Source: Promethearchaeota archaeon (GTDB lineage: Archaea; Asgardarchaeota; Lokiarchaeia; Sigyniarchaeales; Sigyniarchaeaceae). Taken from it: a stretch of DNA of 56,792 nucleotides. A program made the position numbers and the translations under genes. Positions within the stretch are counted from its first letter, which is position 1. The number at the start of each line of letters is the position of its first letter. Shown in pieces: positions 26,446 to 35,744 of the stretch. The stretch lies in the NCBI GenBank assembly GCA_016932935.1, contig JAFGBX010000082.1:1-56792 (forward strand), in the 5' to 3' direction. The notes below the pieces were generated by a model, which saw only the letters and a program-made list of their open reading frames with translations, had not been told where the DNA came from and searched no databases.

Positions 26446-29400
26446 TTATTTCTTCAAACCGACCATTCGTTCAGTGATCTCGAGAAATGCTTCATGTACA
26501 TTCTCACCACTAAGCGCACTGGTCTCGATGTATAACGTATTATTTTTGGTGGCCCAGTTGGCTGCCTCATCTGGGTCAATGGTGCGACCAAGCTTCTCAA
26601 TGAGGTCGACCTTGTTTCCGATTAGTATATAGGGGATATTGCCACAATTGCGGATTACCTCCTCCACCCATTTAATCGTCACCTCTTGGTAGGTTTCGGG
26701 CCGGGTCAGATCAAAGATAAAAATTACGCCACTAGCGCCCTTATAAAATGTCGTGCGAACGAATTCAAAACGTTTTTGGCTTCCAATATCGAAAATGCTT
26801 AGCGTGGCTATTTCTTGATTTCTAAGCCCCACGTCTTTCGTGAGAATGTCGACGCCGATGGTCAATTTGTAATCAGCTTGAAACTCATCTTTTATGAACC
26901 GCTTTATAATACTTGATGATCCAACAGCAGAAGCTCCGCAAACAAGAAGCTTCAATTTATACGAGCTTTGCCTTTTCAAATCACTGCTCGATTGCTCCTT
27001 GATTAATCGATCCTTATTATCTATATCACTCAATTTAGACAATTCAGCGATGCTATTTGGGAGAACTCTCAGCGATTCAAGCTGCCCGATCGACTCGGGA
27101 AGCGAAGCAATCCGATTGTTATCGAGGTGCAGCTCTCTAAGGTTCTTGAGCAGCCCGATCGACGCAGGCAGGTGGGACAAATTGTTGCCGTTCAAACCCA
27201 GCACCCTGAGCTTTTTGAGCTGCCCGATCGATTCAGGAAGCGAGTCCAACTGGTTACCGTCTAGATAGAGTTCTTCCAGGCTGGTGAGCCCCCCTATCGA
27301 CGCGGGAAGCTTTTTTAACTGGTTATTTGCACAATACAACCGCTTCAAGCCTATGAGCTGCCCGATCGAATCAGGTAAATCAGACACAAGGTTGTTGTTT
27401 AGGTTTAACTCCTTGAGCCATTTGAGCCGCTCGATCGACGGCGGTAGGATATTCAATGCTTGGGATGGATCTCCGATGAGTCTGAGTATGATCACGTGTC
27501 CTCGTGGAGAAGCGGAGAAACCGAACGAGTACCTTTGTTCAGCTCGCCACGCTGGAATGGCCTTCCCACCTAGCGCTCGCTGCAATTCCATCATCGCCAT
27601 CAACTCGCTCGGTTTTAGCTTAATTCCTTGATATAGGCCATTCTCATCGTGCTCGATGATGGCTTCGATGAGGTGCATTACCGCGTCCTCAACCCCCTCC
27701 CCGGTCTTGGCGCTCGTCTCGTGGTACCCGATCAGGCCGTGTTTCTCCATGATTTGCTTAAAGAAATCCGGGTCGTAGGCTGGAGGCCCTTGATTCGGGT
27801 CGACCTGGTCTTTCTTGTTCCCAACGAGGATGATGGGTAAGGAGGGATCCTCGGAGCGCAGCAGCGGTAACCAGCGGTCCTCCAAGGAGAAGGTCGATTG
27901 TGGCTGAGTTAGGCTGAACATCAAGATGGCGCCTTTGGAGCCCTTGACGAAGTCCTCTTGGAGTTTTTTGATGATGAAGCGGTCTTGCTTCCCCATGCTC
28001 CAGAAAACGAGGCTGTAATCCACCCCACCATGGTTCAGCTCCTTCACGAAAATGTTCGAAAAACACATCGATGTGTCGGCAACGAAGCGATCTGAAACGA
28101 TCCTGTGGGCGAGCGTGCATCCACCAACGCCACCGTCGCAGGCGATGAATATCTTAAGCGTAACGGGGGCGTTCTTCTTCGGTTGTGGAACCTCCAATTT
28201 ATCGACAAGGCGGATCAGGCGGTTTTTATCGGGAATCGGGCCGAGCTTGTTGTCATATATGGTGAGATCCGTCAGATTGGGCAATTCATAGAGAGAGTCT
28301 GGTAGACTAGTGATCGCATTATCCTGGAGTTTGAGAACCTTTAGCTTGTGGAGCCGCCCGATGCTGTCGGGGATCCGGTCAATCCTGTTACTGAACAACG
28401 TGAGGTGTCCCAGCGAGGTCAGATCCCCGATGGAATCGGGAAGTCGTTCCAGTTCGTTCCCGTGCAGCTCAAGGCGGGTCAATTGGTTCAATTTTGAGAT
28501 TCCTGGGGGTATTTCCTTTAGCTTGTTTCCAAAGAGCGATAAAAGCGAGAGACTATGCAAGTTGCATAGAGCTGTGGGAATTTCCACTATGTTGTTATTG
28601 CCTAGTAGCAAAACAACGAGGTTTGTTAGCCTTTCAATCGTGCTCGGAAGCACCTTAGCACCCGAGTTGACGAGGTTCAAGGCGACGACGTGATGGTTAA
28701 GCAGTACACACGAGGGCATACTGGGCACGAGAATGAGTGCCTCCCGTGCAGCGTCGATTTTATCACGGCCACTTTTCAAGGAAAAGAAGTCTAATAATGT
28801 GATGGGTTTGCCCAATACCTTCTCGAGATCCTCGAGGGAGGTTCGCTCCGGCTCCACGATGGGCAGGTCGTGGAAATAAACGACTCGTTGAAGCGGGGAA
28901 GCGCTCACACGTGTGTTGGATCCCGGCATCTGTTTTCTGATGAGAATAGCGATGAGTGGATCCTCGACCAAGACGAGCTTCAATTTCCCGAGAGTATGAA
29001 AGATATCAGGGACTGTCTGGATCGCGTTGCAACGGATGTAGAGTTCTCGGAGTGTGACGAGTTCCCCGAGCGTTTCAGGCAATCGAGTGAGCTTGTTTCC
29101 ACTGAGACCCAAGACCTCGAGGTTCCTCAGGTTTCCGATCGATTCTGGGAGCGCGGCCACGTCGTTCATGGCCAATTTCAGCTCGCGCAAGTCGGCCAAC
29201 CCTCCAATCTCGTTCGGGAGGGCGGACAGCCGGTTTTGCCACAACCAGAGCTCGACCAATGCTTTTAAATTCCCGATAGAAGCCGGTAACTTCTCTATAT
29301 CGTTTCTCGACGCCCAAAGTCTCTTCAAGGACGAAAGATCACCGAGCCCGTCGGGGAAGCCCTTCAGCCGGTTACCTTGCGTGTCTAGAGCGACCAGATT

Positions 29401-31296
29401 TTTCATTTGGCAGACCGCATCGGGCAAAGATTCGAGGCGATTTTCAGAAAGAACCAATTCCCTCAAGGAGCGCAAGTCTCCAATGCTCGAGGGGAGCCTT
29501 GTTAACTCGTTGCCGTAGAGATCGAGTACCTCGAGCGAGACGAGGCCGCCGAAGGATTCGGGCAGTGATTCTAGAGAGTTCTTCCTTAACGTTAGCGTCT
29601 TCAAGTTTTTCAAATCCCCGATGGTATGAGGGAGGGTTCCGAGCCTGTTCTCGTTCAACTTGAGCGCCTCTAGCGACCGCATTGAACCGATCTTGTCGGG
29701 TAGTTGCCTCAACCCATTACTGAAGAGCGAAAGCACCCTTAATCGTGAGAGATCGCAAACAGAATCGGGGATTTCTTGCAGGTAGTTGCCGGCAAGGTAC
29801 AAGGCCTCTAAGGAGGCCAGCTTTCCAACGTCTCGGGGCAGCTCTTGGAGATGATTCCAAGATGCGTACAATTCCCTTAAAAGCTTTAATGAGCAGATTT
29901 CGTTTGGTATATGGTTTATGTTGTTGTTATCGATCTTCAATGCTTCTAAGCCTTCCAATTGACCCAAGTCGCTTGGTAAACTGGTCAACCGGTTTCGCCC
30001 AACATACAGAAATTTCAGCTTATTGAGTTTTCCGAGGGGTGAAGGCAAGTCCCGCAGCTGGTTGCCATCCAGATCGAGCCTTTTTAAAGAAACAAGGTCG
30101 CAGAGAGAGTTGGGAAGTCGTTTAATCTCGTTCTCGCTCAGATCGAGAGACTCTAAGGATAGTGGGGTCGTGAAGACGTCGGTGAGGTCCTGTAACTTGT
30201 TGTTCTTCAATTCTACTTTTCTCAACGCCTTTAGATCTGGCAGTTTGCACATGCGCTCCAATTTATTGTTGGACAGGCGAAGGTGTCGTAATTTTTTCAA
30301 TTCCTTCAAGGAATCGGGCACGCTTTTTAAAACGTTACTGGCTGCTGAGAGATGTTCCAACGAACCAAGGCCTCCTATCGAGGCGGGCAACTCGTTCAGG
30401 TTATTATTGTCCAGCACGAGCGATTTCAAGCCATTCCCTCGTGGCATCTCCACCGAGATCGACTCGAGACGGTTGAACCCCAGATCGAGCCCTTCAAGGT
30501 TTTCCAACCCACGGAATGTGAAAGCCTTCAATTTATTCTGGGACACCATCAAGGTCTTCAACCTTTTCAACTCGTTGATGCATGCAGGGAGATCCTCGAA
30601 GATGTTATCATCGATCGATAATTTCTCCAATTTTTGCAATTTTTCAAGGGATCCAGGCAGCGAGGACAAGCGGTTGGATGATAACCGCAATTCAATTAGC
30701 TTTTCGAGGTCGCCAATCGAACCGGGTAGCCCTTGTATTTTCAAGCCCGAGATGACCAGGCCAATCACGTGGGTGTCCTTCGGGACGAAGCCGCATTCAT
30801 CAATGTCAACACGCTCCAGCTTGGGAATAGCCCTTCCGATAACCTTTTCCAGCTCTATCAATGCTCGACATTCGTTCTCTTCGAGCAAGACGCCTTGATA
30901 GATGTTCTTCGTGAGCTCTAGGTCGCACCTAGCAACCATGGCTCCTGCATCCGACTGTCGCTTCTGCCACCCCCGCCTCTTGCATAATGCTACGATCTTC
31001 TCCGATTCGGCGCGTGCTTCCATCCATTTCTTCCCGTTAATGAATCCCTCCGCCCTATCGATTGATCCTTTGTATTCCTCTCTCGCATCTATCTCCGCTT
31101 GAATCGCGAGAGTGAGCACCTCACGTAGTCTCTTGTCGCTTGCGGACTTGAGAAGGACTTTCACTTGATCCTCATCTACAATGCCCCCGGCGGCGAGGAT
31201 CACGTCCTTGACCGCGCCTTCATCGATCGCCTTTTCGAAGGCCTGGAGTACGAGGGCCGAGTAGACGTAGATTAATTTCAAGTCCTTGGAACTCAT
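26446..31296 (-). CDS. 1616-aa multidomain protein: P1/L12-stalk-like N-terminal module, three LRR blocks and two Ras/Roc-like domains with degenerate P-loops
   Basis: N-terminus: LIYVYSALVLQAFEKAIDEGAVKDVILAAGGIVDEDQVKVLLKS. There are about 40 LRRs of the type L..L.L..N.L..LP.SIG.L. Ras-like domain 1 (about 27649..28158): G1 CDGGVGGCT (no Lys), G3-equivalent FWSMGKQ, G4 VGNKKD, G5 ETSAK. Ras-like domain 2 (26449..26961): G1 GASAVGSSS (no Lys), G3 FDIGSQ, G4 IGNKVD, G5 ETSAL. No COR-sized domain follows either one. Confidence 0.85.
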   Translation of the reverse strand: MSSKDLKLIYVYSALVLQAFEKAIDEGAVKDVILAAGGIVDEDQVKVLLKSASDKRLREVLTLAIQAEIDAREEYKGSIDRAEGFINGKKWMEARAESEKIVALCKRRGWQKRQSDAGAMVARCDLELTKNIYQGVLLEENECRALIELEKVIGRAIPKLERVDIDECGFVPKDTHVIGLVISGLKIQGLPGSIGDLEKLIELRLSSNRLSSLPGSLEKLQKLEKLSIDDNIFEDLPACINELKRLKTLMVSQNKLKAFTFRGLENLEGLDLGFNRLESISVEMPRGNGLKSLVLDNNNLNELPASIGGLGSLEHLSAASNVLKSVPDSLKELKKLRHLRLSNNKLERMCKLPDLKALRKVELKNNKLQDLTDVFTTPLSLESLDLSENEIKRLPNSLCDLVSLKRLDLDGNQLRDLPSPLGKLNKLKFLYVGRNRLTSLPSDLGQLEGLEALKIDNNNINHIPNEICSLKLLRELYASWNHLQELPRDVGKLASLEALYLAGNYLQEIPDSVCDLSRLRVLSLFSNGLRQLPDKIGSMRSLEALKLNENRLGTLPHTIGDLKNLKTLTLRKNSLESLPESFGGLVSLEVLDLYGNELTRLPSSIGDLRSLRELVLSENRLESLPDAVCQMKNLVALDTQGNRLKGFPDGLGDLSSLKRLWASRNDIEKLPASIGNLKALVELWLWQNRLSALPNEIGGLADLRELKLAMNDVAALPESIGNLRNLEVLGLSGNKLTRLPETLGELVTLRELYIRCNAIQTVPDIFHTLGKLKLVLVEDPLIAILIRKQMPGSNTRVSASPLQRVVYFHDLPIVEPERTSLEDLEKVLGKPITLLDFFSLKSGRDKIDAAREALILVPSMPSCVLLNHHVVALNLVNSGAKVLPSTIERLTNLVVLLLGNNNIVEIPTALCNLHSLSLLSLFGNKLKEIPPGISKLNQLTRLELHGNELERLPDSIGDLTSLGHLTLFSNRIDRIPDSIGRLHKLKVLKLQDNAITSLPDSLYELPNLTDLTIYDNKLGPIPDKNRLIRLVDKLEVPQPKKNAPVTLKIFIACDGGVGGCTLAHRIVSDRFVADTSMCFSNIFVKELNHGGVDYSLVFWSMGKQDRFIIKKLQEDFVKGSKGAILMFSLTQPQSTFSLEDRWLPLLRSEDPSLPIILVGNKKDQVDPNQGPPAYDPDFFKQIMEKHGLIGYHETSAKTGEGVEDAVMHLIEAIIEHDENGLYQGIKLKPSELMAMMELQRALGGKAIPAWRAEQRYSFGFSASPRGHVIILRLIGDPSQALNILPPSIERLKWLKELNLNNNLVSDLPDSIGQLIGLKRLYCANNQLKKLPASIGGLTSLEELYLDGNQLDSLPESIGQLKKLRVLGLNGNNLSHLPASIGLLKNLRELHLDNNRIASLPESIGQLESLRVLPNSIAELSKLSDIDNKDRLIKEQSSSDLKRQSSYKLKLLVCGASAVGSSSIIKRFIKDEFQADYKLTIGVDILTKDVGLRNQEIATLSIFDIGSQKRFEFVRTTFYKGASGVIFIFDLTRPETYQEVTIKWVEEVIRNCGNIPYILIGNKVDLIEKLGRTIDPDEAANWATKNNTLYIETSALSGENVHEAFLEITERMVGLKK

Positions 31297-31350
31297 CCAA
31301 TCCTCATCTCTGTCATTGTTCTTTTTTTGGATGCACCGCTATCCGCACAT

Positions 31351-33894
31351 CTATGGCGTGGGAGGATATGTAGCCTCCACATATTCGATCAAGGCTCTGA
31401 AATCTTCATGCCCGATCGTTTTAACGATCCTCTTGATTTTTTCCATGTCTGCCTTGCCGCCGGCCGCATCGATTACTTTCTTGATGGCATCCTCGTTGAT
31501 CTTTATATCAAACGCGTTGAGCAGCAGCGCTGAATAGTAAATCCCCTTTTGTATGGACATCTCTCTCTTGACGTCGTTGAGTTTTTTTCTGGCCGCATCG
31601 CCCTCTTTCTTCCATCCCTCCCTCTCGCACGTTCTAAGTGCTCCGATGAGCAGATCCCTCGCCCCGTCCAGATCGCTCGACGACACGCGGCTCTCAGCAT
31701 CTTCCATCCCGCGGGTGTAGCTCTCGTATGCAGCTAGCTTCGAATCAATCGCCGCGATGGCGGCCCTGGCCGCTTCGCTTCTTTCCTCCAACCCGAATCG
31801 ACGGCATTGCCTCTGTAGCTTTTGCCATTCCAGCTTGATATCCATCCATTTCTGGTGATCTGTCGAAGCCAAGTCCTCGGCGAGAAGAGCTATATATTCC
31901 GAATTCGACCTATCCAGCGCTAGGCACGTCCGGGTTTTTTTATCCGCATCGAGCTGGCCCGCGCGCCAGCCGTTTTCCTTACAAAGCAGTCCGATCTGTG
32001 CCCACGTGCGGGCCGCTTGATCCCACGTCGCCATACCCATCCGCTCGTGTGCAACGTGCCTTAACCGTAAGTATTCCTTGAACGATCGATATCTTGGGGG
32101 CTCCTTACCAGCCTTGTACACGTTGCTCAGCGGCACCCCCATCGCTTCCATACATACAAGGATGGAAAAACTATCCCGTTCGTCCAGCTTGTTGATAACC
32201 CTCTTGAAATCCGACCATTCCGCGTTTGCTTTTTTCTTTGCTTCCACTGTAGGTGCATTCTTCGAGCGATCATTGTGATGCACGCCGAACGTCGCTGCGC
32301 CGAACCAACCGAATATAATCTCCGCCAACTGGTTCTCCTCATTACCTCTCGCACTTTTTCTAGACTCCAACAACCCGGCCGAGACGAGTGCGTCGACGGG
32401 ATCTGTACTCCACGATATCCGGCCCACCCATCCGCGAAAATCCCTCATGGCCATCAAACTCTTGCAGAAGGTACTGAAGTGGAGCAACTTATTCTCGTCG
32501 ATATCCATCCGGTTCAAGTATTCCCTCAGCAATTGGTGATCATCGTCGCAAGGCAGCACCGCATGCTCCTTATGCCATGCCGAGACGAGCCTTATCCACA
32601 AGGGATGGCGGGCAAGGGGCTGGAATTCGAGGCTCCAGAACTTCGGCGCTGGAACCTTGTAGCTCTTGATGGCGGCATCCGTTTCCTTTCCCGTGAGGCG
32701 AGAAAGGACGAAACTGGCACCGATTTTACCCGGATCCCACGTGATAGGAGAGATTATTGTTAGGTTGTGTTTGACAGCCGTGCAAGAATTCCACTCGTGG
32801 AACCGGCTTGAAAGGACGATGAGCTGCTTTTGGCTCCTGCCTAGCGACCTCAAGAAATCGGTGATGATCCACTTGCGATCCTTTTCCCCGATCTCATCGT
32901 ACCCGTCCAGGATCCAATATATTTTTTCCCTCCTTTTACCCAATGCCTGGGATAGACGAATTATATCGGCTATCGCCGCATCCCTACTTGTACCCATTTC
33001 GAGGGAAAAGAAATTGTCGATCCCGTCCCGCAATCGCACGAAAAACACGACGTGGCCGTCCGCAACGAGCCGGTTGCTCCAATGGGCGAGCAGCCAGGTC
33101 TTCCCAAAGCCCGCTTGCCCGAGCAGCAAGAACAAGCGGCAGCCACTGCCAGCACCTGCCTGCTGGAATTGTTCGAACCTCTCGTCAGCATCTTTCCTCG
33201 TGATGAACCGCGACGGATCGTATTGAATGTCGTTCCGGCTGCAGAAGACCGTGTTGGCCATATGGATCCTGGCGATCTCTCGTAATTCTTCGTAGGAGAG
33301 GCCATTCACAAAGAATACATTCTGGCAACCATTGCATTGAAAGTTGCCTGGGGGTATTGAGCCGCGATCGTGGATCTTTTTGCATATAGGGCATGAGACC
33401 AAGCGTTTCTCTCGTAGTATAACCTCCAAGTCAGCAGCGCTGCATTCGGTCGCACCCGTGATGACCGGCTTTGGTTCGACCGTAGTAGAGCCCGTTATAA
33501 CAACGAGTACCTTGATCTCCTGTCCCGTGATGGGATATCCGCGCTTTATCAAGAACGCGAGCTGCGGGATCGCCACGAGTGAGAGCTTGTTGATGGGTTT
33601 GATCCGCTCCTTCAAGAGATAGAGCCCCTTCCGCAGTGGCCTGAAGTATGCGTCCCACTTGAGCCAGACCGATCGCTGGCTCCCCTCCGATATCGAGCAG
33701 CCGGCGACCTCGAACCCCGCCTCGCTACCCTCCACCACGGCGACCGCGTGGAACGGCACCGCGTCCCGGAACTCCCAAGGGATCTTATCGGTGCTTCCAC
33801 GCGTCGTGGTGCCCAGCTCGAACCGCACGAGGGTCATGCTTGCCAGCTCCGGTGTATAACATGTCTTTAAGTGGTAAAAAGGACGCTGCCTCAT
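31351..33894 (-). CDS. NACHT/STAND NTPase with N-terminal beta domain + zinc ribbon and a C-terminal P1/L12-stalk-like module
   Basis: The start was moved to ATG 33894 because it forms an ATGA overlap with the upstream stop at 33891..33893. The upstream 211 aa of the track ORF is R/G-rich shadow overlapping the vWA gene. Zinc ribbon: CPICKKIHDRG...FQCNGCQNVF. Walker A: FLLLGQAGFGKTWLL. NACHT Walker B: IYWILDGYDEI, then LIVLSSRFHE. C-terminus: IYYSALLLNAFDIKINEDAIKKVIDAAGGKADMEKIKRIVKTI. Confidence 0.8.
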   Translation of the reverse strand: MRQRPFYHLKTCYTPELASMTLVRFELGTTTRGSTDKIPWEFRDAVPFHAVAVVEGSEAGFEVAGCSISEGSQRSVWLKWDAYFRPLRKGLYLLKERIKPINKLSLVAIPQLAFLIKRGYPITGQEIKVLVVITGSTTVEPKPVITGATECSAADLEVILREKRLVSCPICKKIHDRGSIPPGNFQCNGCQNVFFVNGLSYEELREIARIHMANTVFCSRNDIQYDPSRFITRKDADERFEQFQQAGAGSGCRLFLLLGQAGFGKTWLLAHWSNRLVADGHVVFFVRLRDGIDNFFSLEMGTSRDAAIADIIRLSQALGKRREKIYWILDGYDEIGEKDRKWIITDFLRSLGRSQKQLIVLSSRFHEWNSCTAVKHNLTIISPITWDPGKIGASFVLSRLTGKETDAAIKSYKVPAPKFWSLEFQPLARHPLWIRLVSAWHKEHAVLPCDDDHQLLREYLNRMDIDENKLLHFSTFCKSLMAMRDFRGWVGRISWSTDPVDALVSAGLLESRKSARGNEENQLAEIIFGWFGAATFGVHHNDRSKNAPTVEAKKKANAEWSDFKRVINKLDERDSFSILVCMEAMGVPLSNVYKAGKEPPRYRSFKEYLRLRHVAHERMGMATWDQAARTWAQIGLLCKENGWRAGQLDADKKTRTCLALDRSNSEYIALLAEDLASTDHQKWMDIKLEWQKLQRQCRRFGLEERSEAARAAIAAIDSKLAAYESYTRGMEDAESRVSSSDLDGARDLLIGALRTCEREGWKKEGDAARKKLNDVKREMSIQKGIYYSALLLNAFDIKINEDAIKKVIDAAGGKADMEKIKRIVKTIGHEDFRALIEYVEATYPPTP

Positions 33895-35738
33895 CCCCGG
33901 TTCTCGGTCGCCTTCCAGTACGTTCGCCAGAAGGCGACCAGCCGCGCCCAGCGCGCGTCGGAGACCGGGTTCCCCGCCGCGTTCCTCGTGTACGACTCGC
34001 CCATGGCCACGTCGATGAGCACCGGCTTGTTGTCGACGAACAGCCCCACGCACGCGTGCCGCACGCGCACTTGCTCGATGTACTTGACCTCGATGACGCC
34101 GCAAGGTATCCCGAAGTGGCGCAGGATGCCGATGATCAGGTTCGAATGCTCGCCACAGCAGCCGTTTCCCGCGTCGAACACCTCCATGGCAGTGCGGTAT
34201 GGCCGGCCCTTCGGGAACGTGTACTTGAACCGTTCCGTGACCCAGGCCCGGACGCGGTCGACGGTGGCGGCCTGGTTGCCGGGAACGAGCAAGCCTGCCA
34301 CCGCGTCCTTGCACCGCTGTTCTATCGCGAACGGGAACGACTGGTCGGTGTTGTACGCCCGCGGCGCCCGGGCTTTCTGCGGGGGCATCTGCCAGACCTG
34401 GCTCGCGTGCCGCGTGAACAAGGCGAACGACCGGACGTTGACGACGTGCGCCTTCTCCAGCTCCCTCTCGCACCTGTCGAAGAAAAACTGGTCGTCCTCG
34501 GGCTTGTTGTTGGGGCTGCTGGCCCAAAAGACGAACACCTCGTGGCCTTCCTCGAGCTTCCTGAGTTGCGTCACGACGTCTTGCTGGATCTGGTCGTCCT
34601 CGTCAGCCCGGAGCTTGCCGCCCGTCGGGGCCCCGTCCAGGAAGATGAACACGACGTTGTTGCCGGTCTTGGCGTCCAAACCCGCGACCAGGGGGAGGGC
34701 CTCGTCGAGCCGGGTCGCCCCCGTGCATTGCATGGAGAGCAGGTCCCGGATCGCGCCCCGGCGGGTTCCCTCGCCGTACTCGTGCACCTTGCGGTGGTTC
34801 GGGTTCCGCTGGTCGGAGAACGGGACGACACGCGCTTGCCCGCCGAGCTCCACGACGGTCTCCGCGATGCTCAGGGCGGCCAGCAGCAGCGTCGTCCGCA
34901 CCTTGGTCGTGCCCCCGCCCGGGCTCGGGGTGGACTGCTCGGTCGACGCCGAGATGTCGACGAACACGACGCAATGCCTCGGCAGCTCCCGCTTGCTCAG
35001 GTTGCGGTACACGAACTTCGGGTTCCCCGTGGCCAGCGTCCGCATCGTGTGCGGGAGGGACACCCGCCCCCGTCGCTGGGTCGTGTACTCGATCGTGGGC
35101 GTCCCCCTGATGCGCTGCTGGAGCTCTTTGTTGAGGACCTTGGCGAGGGAGGAGACGGTGGCCACGACCTTCCCCACGTCGAACCGGGACATGTTGGTCA
35201 GCCCCTCCGTGACGAGGTCGTACTTGTGCGCCTCCTCGATGTTCTTGAACGCCGCACGGAGGTCTTCCATGGGATCCACGACCACGTCCTCGTTCTTGGC
35301 CAGCTCGATCACCAGCTCGCTGTCCTGGGTCGGGTCGTACTCGACCTCCTTCCTCACCTCCACGTGCTCCCTCCTGACTTCGACGCGCCTCGGCGGGGGC
35401 GGCGGGACCCGCGAGTCCGTTTCCCGCTCCCGAACGGGCGGCGGCGGGGCCTTCTCGACCCTGACGACGACCCTCTCCGGGTTGTTCGATGGTCGGAACC
35501 GCACGGTCTTGCCGGCGGCGCTGACGGCGACCTCGAGCTCAGGCAGGTCGTACTCCACGGGGAATGGGAACGAGACCGAGTAGCCCGAGTCGGAGTAGGA
35601 CTGGCCGTCGACGCTCACCGTCACCCGGCCATAGACGTATAGGCCGTCCTGGTCGACGATGTCGACCTGGAACTTGAACGGGGGTTCTCCTTCGAAGAGA
35701 CGGCCGTAGCTCTCGTGCGCCCTCAAGGCATGCGTCAC
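33891..35738 (-). CDS. von Willebrand factor A (vWA) domain protein with a C-terminal transglutaminase-like core
   Basis: 615 aa. MIDAS elements: VVFVDISAS, GATRLDEAL, FIFLDGAPTGG. C-terminus: GNGCCGEHSNLIIGILRHFGIPCGVIEV...VRHACVGLFVDNKPVLIDVA (Cys-His-Asp pattern). The + strand ORFs 33840..35642 and 33871..35583 are shadows. Confidence 0.8.
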   Translation of the reverse strand: MTHALRAHESYGRLFEGEPPFKFQVDIVDQDGLYVYGRVTVSVDGQSYSDSGYSVSFPFPVEYDLPELEVAVSAAGKTVRFRPSNNPERVVVRVEKAPPPPVRERETDSRVPPPPPRRVEVRREHVEVRKEVEYDPTQDSELVIELAKNEDVVVDPMEDLRAAFKNIEEAHKYDLVTEGLTNMSRFDVGKVVATVSSLAKVLNKELQQRIRGTPTIEYTTQRRGRVSLPHTMRTLATGNPKFVYRNLSKRELPRHCVVFVDISASTEQSTPSPGGGTTKVRTTLLLAALSIAETVVELGGQARVVPFSDQRNPNHRKVHEYGEGTRRGAIRDLLSMQCTGATRLDEALPLVAGLDAKTGNNVVFIFLDGAPTGGKLRADEDDQIQQDVVTQLRKLEEGHEVFVFWASSPNNKPEDDQFFFDRCERELEKAHVVNVRSFALFTRHASQVWQMPPQKARAPRAYNTDQSFPFAIEQRCKDAVAGLLVPGNQAATVDRVRAWVTERFKYTFPKGRPYRTAMEVFDAGNGCCGEHSNLIIGILRHFGIPCGVIEVKYIEQVRVRHACVGLFVDNKPVLIDVAMGESYTRNAAGNPVSDARWARLVAFWRTYWKATENRG

Positions 35739-35744
35739 CCATCA

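Noticed and set aside
26962-30800. Regular ~69-72-bp periodicity that could be mistaken for a tandem repeat or CRISPR-like array.
   Set aside because: It is the coding periodicity of 23-24-aa leucine-rich repeats inside one continuous ORF. There are no identical direct repeats separated by unique spacers.
26446-31296. Classification of the LRR-GTPase protein as a ROCO (Roc-COR) protein.
   Set aside because: Only about 70 aa follow Ras-like domain 1 before the next LRR block, and nothing follows domain 2. A COR domain (about 300 aa) cannot be accommodated.
33895-34527. Long N-terminal extensions produced by the track's longest-start rule: 31351..34527, 6203..7351, 41219..42532, 47161..48408, 53573..55918 and 19466..20551.
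   Set aside because: The extensions are R/G-rich, overlap the neighbouring gene in another frame and precede family-typical N-termini. Internal starts with ATGA overlaps or correct TATA spacing were preferred.
33840-35642. 600-aa and 570-aa plus-strand ORFs (33840..35642 and 33871..35583).
   Set aside because: They are antisense or alternative frames of the vWA-transglutaminase gene, which has clear MIDAS and Cys-His-Asp motifs. Their composition is R/P/L-rich or S/T-rich junk.
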